Shown: one piece after another, positions 51,140 to 62,879 of the stretch
Layout: each line of letters starts with the position of its first letter
Position numbering within the stretch: position 1 is the first letter of the stretch
NCBI GenBank assembly: GCA_040285825.1
Contig: JAUPSS010000003.1
Location: 2,666,001 to 2,730,000 of the forward strand
Reading direction: 5' to 3'
DNA from: Eukaryota sp. TZLM1-RC
Taxonomy: Eukaryota; Protista; Metamonada: BaSk clade
DNA: 64,000 nt
Program-made: the position numbers and the translations under genes
The notes under the pieces: model-generated
Seen by the model: only the letters and a program-made list of their open reading frames with translations
Told to the model about the DNA's origin: nothing
The model's database searches: none

Positions 51140-52400
51140 TTAATTTCACCATTCCCTTAAAAATAGAAAATACAATCCTGTTCTACCAGTAAACTCGATT
51201 GAAAATTCTTCCAGTTCTTTCCTTTACAAATACATCAAAATCTTCCAGGTAAGCCATAGCAGCCTTTCGTAAAAATCCAAGCAGGGAAACAACAAAGTGA
51301 CATAAATTATACTGGGCATGAGAATTTCCTTTACAGAGGAAATAGATTTTGCGTATTGAGCATTTTTTTATTTTTTGTCAGCAAGAAGAGGATTATTGAC
51401 ATCTGAGTTAAAGAAATGTTCGTTAGAAGAATTACATGGGTCTGTGGACATGGCATTTAAAATAGTAAAACTACCATTTAAGCCGAATCCAAAAAATCAC
51501 CTCTTGTCAAACCACATAGATGCTCTGTTGTAGCGCATACTTTGAATATTGGGGTCATCAAGAATTTATTTTCTTAGCAAAGGCTCTAAATAGGAATCTA
51601 CTCGAAATGATTGACACATTACATAAATTTGGTCCCTGACATTAATGTGTACTTTGCTTCTAAATGTAATGAAATGTTTACAGTTCAAAAGATGAGTAAA
51701 CAAAAGAGGTTTACCACATTTACAAGTTAAATCATTGGGCAAATTGTTTGGCCATAGAAAACAACAGAAACCCATGTTTAAAAGCCATTCATGGTTTTTT
51801 AACAAAAGTCCATAAACAGAGGGAATTTGAGTTACTAAAGCAGCAGCAGAATTATCACGAATATCCTTTAAAAAATTACCGAAAGCGGGATTTTGAGTTT
51901 TGGCCAAGCCAAGTCTTATTTCATAATCCAAGCTTTCATATAATTTATCCAGATGGTGCTGAAGCTTTTTCAGGCAGAACGTAAATTTGACAGTGATCGG
52001 TTGGGAATTTCTTGAACATTCTGAGGAAAACACTGAATCCAGATATCACTGGGCAAATGATCTTTTTCAAATTGAAGTTGATTCAAATAAACATTTGATT
52101 CACCATGGATCAGATGAACATCATAAGGGAACCTTTGGAAAAAATCAAAAACTATATTTTTACCACCTCCAACAATGCTGCTTTACACAAAATCGAAGAT
52201 TTGGTAAAGTTAATTCCACCCAAATCACCAGAACAAAATAAATGACTTCGAATCAAAGTTTCATTGACTTCTAATAAAGAAAAAATTTTTGATTCGAAGT
52301 TTGTTGAAAGATCTGCAAAAATTGAGAGATACTGAGGGGGAGTTGACCTTAAAATATGAGTGAATTTTCCCGAATTACAAATTTTTTAAATGAAAAGTAA
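51140..52400 (-). mobile_element. Degenerate non-LTR fragment, family D
   Basis: Colinear with 43390-44580. Confidence 0.85.
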
Positions 52401-52667
52401 CTTTAGTTTGAAAGTTCTTTCCAATAATATTCATTATAAAATATTCTAGAATATTCTAGAATTGGAAGAATACTTGATCGAACCTTTTGGCAAAATAGAA
52501 TTGAATTTTCTCTTTTTAAAAGAATGTATAACCTTTATTCTAGTTCGTTGTTATCACTTGAATGTTTTTCTGAATAAAAAGCTGTAGGTAAATTTTCAAT
52601 GGTAGATGCGGAGTTTGAGGAAATTGATTTTTGGTGTTTAACAATGTTGTTTGAATAAAAATATATA

Positions 52668-53184
52668 AATAATTTTGGTTCTGATGATAGAGGTGATGTA
52701 TACTGTGATTGGATTGATAATTCTGAAGCTATTGTTGTCCTTGTCTCATGTAATGTTGCAAATGATACTTTGGTTCACAGAAGAAAACTTAATCCTGTGG
52801 CTGCTCTGGATTTTAAAGCAAAAGAGAAACATAGAAAAATATGATAAAGATATTGAAGAGGCTAATGTCGATAGAAATACACAGCTGGTTTTTATTGCTT
52901 TCCCATTTTCGATAAATGGAAAATTATCAGATGAAGCAGAAACTTTTTTGAATGACTTACAAAAAATGGTGCAAGAAAAAACAATGAAAAGATTTGATAT
53001 TTTTTATGGCGTTCACGGATTCAATTTGCCATTATTAATAGATTACCTCGGTTTTTCAATCGAATAATAGAAGCTTTAGCTAGACAGCAAGCAGATCAAG
53101 ATTTTGTAGAGGAAATCTTGGTTCAATGATAGTCGTCCCATTAGTTATGAGTTAATTTAATTAAGTGTGCAAATTCAATAAATA
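52668..53184 (+). mobile_element. 3' fragment of non-LTR family A
   Basis: Near-identical to 8902-9415. Confidence 0.9.
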
Positions 53185-53257
53185 GTACAATGAAGATATG
53201 TAACACAAACAAACGAAATTCTAAAATGGCATTTTTGACATCTCCAAATCATATCTC

Positions 53258-54308
53258 ATGCTTCTTGACACTGTATTACGTTTGTTGATCTTCACTGTCT
53301 TCTTCTTTGTCTTTTCTTGAACATCTCACCTTAGTGAACGCCCTTCCTGCTTCTGGAAAGTCCGAAGCTCGTCAATATCTTGGTTCTTTGACATCAGAAG
53401 AATGTGCTGAACACTTCCATATGGGAGAAACTGTTCAACTTGATGATTATCCATATGTACATATGATGAGAAGAATCGATGATCTCCTTGCTGCTGGAGG
53501 CTCAAAGCGTATCTTTTTTGCCGCTCCTGATAAAGGCTTCGCTGATGGACGCCAATGGGGAACTCTTATTCAACTTGTCAATGAAGATTATGATGATCTC
53601 AAGGCTCTCAAAGCCCCAGAAATGACCCACGATTCATACACCGAATGGATCCTCGAACGATTTGATCGTGCCATGGAAGCTGTTGGTATTGATGGACCCT
53701 TCAAGAATCTCGCCAAATCAGATGTCGAACTCATCAAGGCTGGCCTCGAACAAGAGGTAAAGGAACTCTATGAAGACAAAATTGCTGGAATCCCTGATAC
53801 TCTTGAAGGCAAAACTATTGTCATTGAGTTTGCTCGTGGTGGACCCCAAGGTTCTGAATATCCCCTCCCTGGTGCCCATGGCTATCTCTACTCATACGGA
53901 CAGCTATCCAAGGCTATCCTCTCCAACGCCGCTGTTCTCTACATCTGGGTTACTCCCGAACAATCCAGAGCCAAGAACCAAGCCCGTGCCCAACCCGACA
54001 AGAAAGCCGATTCCCTTCTCCAATCCCTTCATCATGGTGTTCCTGAATGGGTTATGCTCAATGAATACGGAACTGATGACTTGGGATGGTTACTGGAGCA
54101 ATCCGATCGTGAAAACTGTGTTCGTATTGAAAAAGACGGCGAAGTCTTTTATGTTCCTGTCGGTAGATTTGATAACAGAGTCGATAAGACCACTTTCTTG
54201 CGTGCTCCTCGTGAAGAATGGGATCCCAAGGACGTAGCTGCTGTTCGTGATGCCATGAATAAGGCATTTAACCAAATCATTCCTTCTTATGAAGCTCTCC
54301 ACCAGTAG
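53258..54308 (+). CDS. Uncharacterised P-loop protein of prokaryotic type; intron 53280-53334
   Basis: Splicing GTTTGT...TTAG gives MLLDTVLLNALPASGKSE (Walker A). Also QLDDYPYVH, VIEFARGG and AVLYIWVTPEQSR. Confidence 0.75.
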
Positions 54309-54895
54309 TTTTTTCTTGTCAATTGATATAGTCTGCACCTGTTTATTTATAAAGTTTTGCATTTTGTATCTGATGATTTTGTTCAATTCCCAATTGTTAA
54401 ATTGGAACATCCATAACTGTTCTGTCAAAATTAGCAAAACAATAATGCTAAACCAATTAACTACCAATCATTTTTGTGTAATTAAAGTCATTAAATGAAC
54501 TATTGAAAACGAGAAAGAGGAGTTATGAATGCTTCAATCCTTTCAAATGTCATCAGTGATATGGTGTCAAATTTGTGCTTCTCATGGCACAGAGTTTGTG
54601 CATTTGTTATTCGTTTTTTATAGAAGCATGTTCTCCATTATTATGGCAGTATTGCCGTGAAATGTTCATTGATACGGTAGAATTTCTGAATTCAAGATTA
54701 TATTTGAAGATAGCCATTTCAGAAGCAACTACCATGTTCTCATTTTGAGCTGTAGTTGGAAACTTTAAAATAAAATAAATATAAATAAAGGGAAAAAACT
54801 ATTTTACAAAGGACTAGTTTCAAACTACGAATATTATACAACTAAAAGAACTAAAAGAGCAAACAAGAAAATAAACTAAAAGAAAGCGAAGAAAA

Positions 54896-55498
54896 TCAAA
54901 GTATAACACAGCAGCTAGGATCCTTCTCATCTACAACAACATTAAACTTCCGCCTCTTTCTAATTAAGTAATCAAGCCTATTCTGCACCGTGCCGTCATC
55001 CACGAACTCTTGATCAATGGTGACTAAACCTAAGAGAGAAGAAGCGACATAAAAGTCATTGAAAGGGTTGAACTCAAGTTCTTTGAAATGATCTTGTGCT
55101 TGGTTAGTAAGAGAGACATATTTGGAAGGAAAAGAGCTCCAGTTACGTTCTAGAGGAGCATAGAAGTGTAGGAGTACAGTGAGATGCCATTCGAGTAAGT
55201 GTTGTGGTATTGTCATGGTTGCTATAGATGGCTGTTCATGACTACATTGTTGGAATAGTAACTGCAACATATCGAGTTTACCGAAAGGGGAGTTAAAAAT
55301 GAATAGACGACTCAATAGGATAGAGACATCATTAAATGTAAGGTCATGTTTAAGTTTAAATTGACGTCTAATAGCGGTAGAAAGCGAGTCCTTTGATGTG
55401 ACATACAGATAATGATAGAGTTCATCAAAAGACTCAACCTCACTATCATTAGCTACAACAAACCTGATGTATTCAGGGAGATTGAGTTTGATGTACAT
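54896..55498 (-). CDS. Hypothetical protein with C-terminal CAAX motif (CCVIL) after a polybasic stretch
   Basis: 200-aa ORF ending IRKRRK...SCCVIL. Confidence 0.65.
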   Translation of the reverse strand: MYIKLNLPEYIRFVVANDSEVESFDELYHYLYVTSKDSLSTAIRRQFKLKHDLTFNDVSILLSRLFIFNSPFGKLDMLQLLFQQCSHEQPSIATMTIPQHLLEWHLTVLLHFYAPLERNWSSFPSKYVSLTNQAQDHFKELEFNPFNDFYVASSLLGLVTIDQEFVDDGTVQNRLDYLIRKRRKFNVVVDEKDPSCCVIL

Positions 55499-56145
55499 TA
55501 ATGTTCATTGATTTTACTTAAATGTTTGTTTCTTAATTTACTAATCTCTTTTATTGAACAACAATAATCTACACTATTTATTCTAATAATTCTCTTCCAC
55601 ACTGTCAGACCTCTGCAGTACCATTGGTCTGGAATAATTATGAGTATTGGAGTGGGTATGAGTAGGAATACACGTGCAAAATACTGTTAATACCACCATC
55701 TCGGCATAAGAAACGACAAGTCATGTTTGCTATTTAAGTGCTTAAGCTAAGTTTTTTTGCTGAATTTAAATATATTTTCTGAAATACAACCTAGAAATCA
55801 AGTCGCCCTACAAGTTGATTTCCATCATCCGTCAACACTTTTAATTATAGAAAGTTAAGTTCTAAAAAAGCGATCATTATGGGAATAATTAATACTAACA
55901 TTTATTAAATTAATTAATATTTATGATAAAAAAAGGCAGATAATTGTTTTATTATATTTGGCTTGAAATTTAATATCAACTGTAACAATAAAAATTTTCA
56001 AACTAAACAACAGATAAATTAAAGTAAAAATGACAAAAATCCAGTATAAAATACACCAACAAAAAGACGACAAACAAAACCAACAGAGAACAAATCACAA
56101 AAACTAAATTATTAAAAATTATTGAACAAAAACTATTAATCTTAA

Positions 56146-56615
56146 TCAAGAGAAAAATTGTTTTAAATCTCGTTCAACATTAGAAATTTTGCATGTCAAA
56201 TCACCTATATTAGATTCTATTTGACTAATCCTTCTTTTTAAATCCTCCTCCATGTACTTGCAATGTGCTAACGCCTCCGATGGCAAAAACTCCGCATGAA
56301 ACCCAAGACCAACTTCCACAAACACAGTGGAGGTGTCGGGACTATGGTGAGAAAGAAGAGAAAATAACATACACGTGAGCCTCAGAAAAAACAGAAGATC
56401 CAAGATCAACAAGACTTGTGAGCTCCATTGAACCAGTCTCTACGATGTGTGTCAATGTTTTCTGTAGGTTCTGACTGCTGTAAGGGTAATAATGACCAGA
56501 CAAACAAATGCATAAGTTCGGTATTTAAATGATCACGTGTGATGCTTTGTTTCTGAAGGTCTTTTCGGAGAGCATCTTGAAGTAAAGAGTGAATCGAAGA
56601 GTCTAAGGTTTGCAT
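56146..56615 (-). CDS. UXT: UXT-like alpha-prefoldin; introns 56478-56505 and 56342-56372
   Basis: The spliced product reads LVDLGSSVFSEAHVPDTSTVFVEVGLGFHAEF, flanked by coiled coils. Confidence 0.8.
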
Positions 56616-56676
56616 AAGATTTGTGGGAAATTCCCATAAATACACGATCAATTTTCGTGTGGAATAATTACAAAAA

Positions 56677-59600
56677 CTATCTACTACACAGATACTGAGG
56701 CCTTTCATTACCTCTCATTCTGGCTTCAGCAATTGCAAACATATTCAGACAAGCCAGCTTATTTCTATTGAAAAGCTTTGTTGAGCCTTTGTTACTGAGT
56801 TTGCAACTCTCACTGTTACAAGCTAATAAACCATGACATGTAGTAACTGGAGTCTTTTCTCTTCTATAGAATCTGGGATTTGCGACTCTCAAAAACGTAG
56901 CAACCTTTTCAAAACAAACAGGACATTTTGCTGAAGTGAAAGCTTCATTAATCATCAATACTTCAAATCCATTTCTTTTCAGAAATTGAATCCATCCAAT
57001 TCCTCTAGTAGGTCTCTGATGTTTCAAATTCTTGGAACCTTTTTTACCATAATCACCCATTAGTATTAAAGTGTCTTTTGGATTGCCAAATTGCTGAACA
57101 AGGTTTTTTAACAACCAACTTTCAGTCCTTTGCTTGTGAATAAAAGCTTGCATTTTATGAATGCTCCACAAGTCAAGACTATAAAAGTCAATTGTCAAAA
57201 AAACTTGCCGAAGTTTGGCAACCACAAAGTTGGAAAAATTTATAAAAGTTGCTGAATTGGCAGCAAACGCGGATAATTCGGTGTTTGCATCTTCAATTGT
57301 CATTTCATTAGACTCTATCATTTGGTTCCTGTCGTAATCTACCTCAGTATACTTTATCGCCCATCGTTTTTGCTTTTCATTCATCCTACTTTTCAAAGAC
57401 GATGACATCTGAGTCATTCTTAACCATTTGTACTTCTTGTCTTGATTCATCACCCGACTATTTCTTTGCTGTTCAGTTTCATGTTCAGGTACCATGGCTA
57501 ATTCTTGATCAGTCTTTCTGCTCCCAAAATACAATAAATCACGTTTTCCAGGATCACAAACAACAATTCGTTTGCCTTGAACAGTATCAACATCAACATC
57601 ATCAATATATAAATCCGAAATACTAGCCTTGTTGTCTGGCTTACATTTCTGACCTTGTAAATCCCGACGAACAAATTCTACTGCAATATTAAATCCATCT
57701 GTGGGATAATGTTGTTGAATTTATAGCTCTTCTGTTTGAACATTGGTTGGTTTAAGTCGAGAATATTAGACCAAAAGTCAAATTGTTGAGGTGGTTTAAG
57801 TCTATGAACTTGGGCTAGTGTATTGACCATTTTTAATCTCTGATCAGGCAACAAATCGTCCATCAATGTTTGTCTAATAATTGTCCATATTGTTCTTGTA
57901 TCAATGGGAAAATATCCAGGACCTACAGTGGTTGAAACAGGAGAAATGTGATAAGGTTTTTTCTCTCTACTGGAAATATATTGGGCAATTGTAATTGCTG
58001 GTTTTAGGAATATTTGAGGATCTTTTTCAACAGCGTCTGCAAGAAAATGTATATCCACTGGAAATATGTTATCAACTAAATTCTCGTCAGTGACCAAATT
58101 CTCAATTTGGCAAGTAAAAGGCTCAATAAGACCTTCAAATATGTCTCTAAGTTCATTATTTCTTATATCATGATGTTCACATAAATCGAAAAATTCATCA
58201 TTCAGAAGGTCTGAAATATTTTCAGGATGATGAAACAAAGAACTCAAGCAATCTCTATCATCAACTAAAAACAAATTTTTGAATTGACGAAGCCTAAATC
58301 TATATAGTGAAATTATAGTAGATAATGGCGTTGAGTATCCACCCAGCTTGTGCATTTCTGATAACACATTTTCCACATCTGGTTTGTCAAAGTAAACATT
58401 AATAAATCGATTAATATGTTTTTCATAATTCAATTTCAAGTTATTCTCAAAATTGGCAAACATTACTGGGGCCATATACCCAGGTGGTCTACTGAATCCA
58501 TCAGTTGGAAATCGTGGAAAGAACTCAGGCCTATATCTCAAATGGTCTACATAACTCAATGTTTTGTTCAACTTTTGTTGTTCAAAGGTGGTCGATAATC
58601 TATAATCTCCTTCACCATAAACAAAGTTTTCAAAATCCTGTGGAAATGCACTCTTTGGTTTCACCATTTCTTGCCCATAATACTCAGCTGAAATATAACG
58701 AATTCTGGCCATTAATGATTCATATAATTGGGCAGATATTCGTGGTAATGACAAATTACGTTCAAAACAAGACTGTAAATACAGCTTTAAGCAACAAGTG
58801 GTGTGAATACGTAACTGTTGAAATTTTAAAGCAGTTTCTCTCAATTTGAGTATCACATTCGAATGTTTAACCATTGAGTTGACGGTTGCTCGAATGGTTT
58901 TATAAGATGATAAAATAAATTTGTCTTTCTGAAACAGCACGAAAAGTTTCAGACAAAGGATACAATCATGAAACCCATATTGAATCGAATTTTGTATCAG
59001 AGGAGAAGTAGCTAAACAATCAATTGGCAAAATATGGGAAAATTCCTGATGAAGTTTGATTTTCTTTTCATTTATCATTTTATATGCCAAATTGCCTAAC
59101 CCATGTCCGTAGGGTATTTTTATGAATTTTTTGGCAAAAACCCAAGTATCTAAAAGAAAAAAGCCATTTTCCCTGATGATAACTTCTCTCCATCTCGGTG
59201 AAAGTTGATTGAGTACATCAATTGCTGTATCATCTCGAACAGTGGGAAATGGTAAATCAAAATAATTCAATCTATTTTTTAAAACCTGTAAATCAAACTG
59301 CATTAAATTGTGATTAAGAAAACAATGGGGTTGATGAGTACCAGCAATGTTTTTTCGTCAGAGAATATTTTTGCCTGCACAACCATATCAATGTCTGGTA
59401 ATCTGATTTGAAAGCTCATTCTCAACATAAGTGAATATTTACTCTCCAAAAAGAAATTATGGTGGTCCAACTTACCAAATAACAATCGAAAGTAAAAACA
59501 CTTTTTGATCTGAAATCCACTCATCCATTTGCTCATCATTTTTGATTTTCAAAAGATTTTTACCCTCTTTTTTCCTTTTGTTGATAATCTTGTCAGGAGG

Positions 59601-59957
59601 GAAAAATTGGCCATCATGACTTTGGTAAAGATGACCATCCTGATAGGTTTCAAGATCAAAGCACATAACAGTAAGAAGATTTTGATTTGGGTTCATTGAT
59701 TTGAATTGAATCAATGCACCAGGCTTCAAGCCACTACGACTTGGTTCAATTTTTCTGACCATACTCGGTTTCAATGGTTTTTTTGTCAAAATCTTCCTGT
59801 TTTCAATATTCAACATTTTATTCTAAATACATATTTCTCGGTTCAGTGCATTTTGTTGTTTTTTCAGCTTACGCTTTGATGTTTGTTGGTCAAAAATCGC
59901 ATTTCTAATAATTTTTGATGGAGGAGTTGATTCAAAATTAGATCTTCTCTTTCTGGG
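56677..59957 (-). pseudogene. PolB-type 3'-5' exonuclease-Fanzor1 fusion (~1090 aa reconstructed; one in-frame TAG, ~3 frameshifts), family 3
   Basis: ExoI CFDLET; ExoII PHCFLNHNLMQFD; LLDTW; ExoIII QYGFHD. The Fanzor N-terminus YKTIRATVNSMVK follows in the same ORF, then TDG, IVVCDPGKRDL, MINEAFTSAKCPVC, CHGLLAC and LFNRN. Confidence 0.88.
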
Positions 59958-60035
59958 ACCAGGATTTGCTTCAACATCTCCATCAATTGTTAAATCAACA
60001 GTAAATGGGTTTGTTGATAGAAGATGTTGGCAGCT
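59955..60035 (-). other. 2A ribosome-skipping peptide
   Basis: SCQHLLSTNPFTVDLTIDGDVEANPG|P matches the D(V/I)ExNPGP consensus. Confidence 0.85.
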
Positions 60036-60064
60036 TCTGGATTGAAAAGATAAATTATAAACAT

Positions 60065-60515
60065 AATAATCAAACTCAACATTATCAAAATAACAATTTA
60101 AGACACAACATCCCATATCTAAAGTGCAAGAATCTAAACCACAAAAATGAACAAACTCATAAGCATCAAAACAACAATGTAAAACAAAACATATACAAAA
60201 GAAACATCCCACATCCACAGTACAAGTACGTAAACCACGAAAACCAACAAACCCAAAAACATCAAGATAACCTTTCAAAACAAAACACAAACAAGAAAAA
60301 CATCCCATATTCAAAGTACAAGTACCTAAACCAAAAACATCAACAAAATCAAAAACATCAAAGTAACAACAATGTAAAACAAAACACAAACCAGAACAAC
60401 ATCCCATATCTACAGTACAAATAGCTAAACCATGAAAAACAACAAACTCAATAACATCAAAGTAACAATTCAAAACAAAACACGAAGAAGAAGAGCATCC
60501 CATATCCAAGGTGAT
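60065..60515. repeat. ~96-bp degenerate tandem repeat (~5 copies) in the ORF upstream of the 2A
   Basis: The unit CTxDMGC..LCFVL.CYFDV.EFV.F.GL recurs. Confidence 0.85.
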
Positions 60516-61564
60516 TAGCACCATTGCTGATTCAACAGCACCCATATCATGACTCACATGATGACTCAGAAAAGTGCAATACTCTACCCCCACGGAAGAA
60601 TCAGAACGACGATTTCGAAAAGAAATCGAGGCTCTGACCTTCCGTTTATTCCTGTAAAACAGGATGACTGTTCCCGACTGAGGAGTTCGGGAAGAAGTAC
60701 TCGGCTGTTCTTTGAACAACAGGTTGAAGGAGGAGGTGGGAACTGAGTCCATAACCTCGTTATCCTTGTTCTCCTTTTGTGGATGCATATTTTGACCAAC
60801 GAAATTATTTGTGGAGTTTTTCAAGACGTTTAACCTACGAACCTTTATATGCACCTTTACGAACACATGGGGCTGTTGCCACTGGTCCACTGGCACTTCA
60901 TACCCAAGGCAACTCAACTCTATGATTGCTGCGGCAGTTGAACATTCCTTCATTGTTTACTCCACAGATCGATTACACATACTCTACACTGGTCCTCCTC
61001 TTCCTGGACCTATCAGTCACATGATATGGGTGAAGCGAGTTTTAGTCTTCTCTATATCCAATTCTGTCTACTCGTGGACACCTGGATCTCAAACAACTTC
61101 TGTCGTCCTCTCTTCCCATGCCCACATAGCCTCTCTACTCATTTTGATATAGAAACGGATATTTCAATTGGAAGCAAGCTGTATGTAAGAATAATTTACC
61201 ATAATCATTACCGTTTGTGAAATTAATGTAACTTACATTATGATTAACAATGACATTGAAACGATATTCTTTCTACAAAATCATGATCTGCTTGTTTTCC
61301 AGATTTTGCGATTCATTGAAAAAACAATGAAAAATTGTGTTCAGTAATACCATAAAAGATATCAAATTTCTTCATTGTTTTGCTTGAACCGATTGTGGGG
61401 TGTGGAAGTACTTCCTAGCTCTATTGAAAGTTTTGCATTTACGGAAAATAGAAAAGGAAATAAACGTAGGTTGGCTATTTTCAGACTATTAGCCTCTTCA
61501 ATGACATTATCGCTCTGTCTTTCTTTGTCCAATTCCATTTGCAGAATTATTTAGAATTATTACT

Positions 61565-61770
61565 CTCTAGTTTGGATGATGGCACGTTTGGACCACTTGC
61601 TTTATCTTTCTTGGATGATTTTGTTGAAATTGTGAAACAACGTACTGGAAGAGTTTTTGACAAGAGTTTTTGGCAATACAGAATTGTATTTTCAATTTTC
61701 AAAGGTGTTGTTCCCTTATTATCTTCAGCTTTGTTATCTCTTGGACGCTTTTATGAAGTTCATCAGTACC
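61565..61770 (+). mobile_element. Short RLE non-LTR 3' remnant
   Basis: GTFGPLALSFLDDF..RTGRVFDKSFWQYRIVFSIFKG. Confidence 0.75.
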
Positions 61771-62879
61771 GAAATAATTCAATGACAATGTTTTCGAGAT
61801 TCTTGCATTTCTTGCTACATTGAACGTTGTGTCATCAATGGAGAACAATTGCGGGCAGCACACAAGGTGATTTGTGGAAAATTTGATCAAGTACAGGTTT
61901 CAGGTAATAACATTTCATCAATGGAAAAATTTTATTTTAATTCAACTTTCATTTCATTTGTATTTCATTTTTACAGTCTTCTTCAATGTGAGCACACAGT
62001 ACAAATGTTGGCAGTACCATGGTTGACAAATAGTGATAAATCTCATGACTTATTCAAACATACATCTTGTTTTCAGAGTGTATTTTAAATTAATAAAAAT
62101 ATTTGAAAGTCACCAGCAATCATATAGATGCGGCAGCGGTGAAACAGTTGATGACAAAAACAACACAGAAAGCTCTAGAAGGTCATAAATGCAGAAATAT
62201 GTTGATACACAATCATTTAATTTAGGTCAACCATGATAATTTCAATCAAATGGTAGATTTACTGAGCCATCATTTCCATTGAATAATTTAGGAAACCATT
62301 ATTATTTTTTGTATGTCGATCTTTCAATCTCTTCATCAAATGCAAAAATAAATGAACTGAGGGATCGTTGTTTGCTTATCACAATCTGCATCTGTTTTAC
62401 ATAAACTTCTTTATATATGAATAACAACTATAATGAGTATGTAAGATATTAAGAATATAGCAAAAAAACAGTTTCAGAGTGTTCGTAGCTACTGGTTTAA
62501 AAGAGCCTTAAGTATAGCACACCACACATTTTTTTATTATCTTTGTTTATTTATACATCTTTGGTATATCACATTTAAAAGCAAAGAAACAATGGTTATT
62601 TACTGAACCCTCCTTAACAACAAATAGTCAGTTGCTCTGCTGCTTCTTTTTGAGAAACTCTTAATGTTTAAAATCTCGCTATAGTAGTAATAAAAAATTG
62701 CAATTATTGATCTGATTTCATTGGATCTAATTGTGGCTGATACTTATATTATTTACACGAATTAACATTAGCAACGTAAATTGAAAACAAAATTTCAAAA
62801 AGTTTATTAGGCGACAGTAAATGTGACCTTGATCCTCCTGCAATCGTGGTATTCGAAAAAACAATTCATTTTTTGTAAA

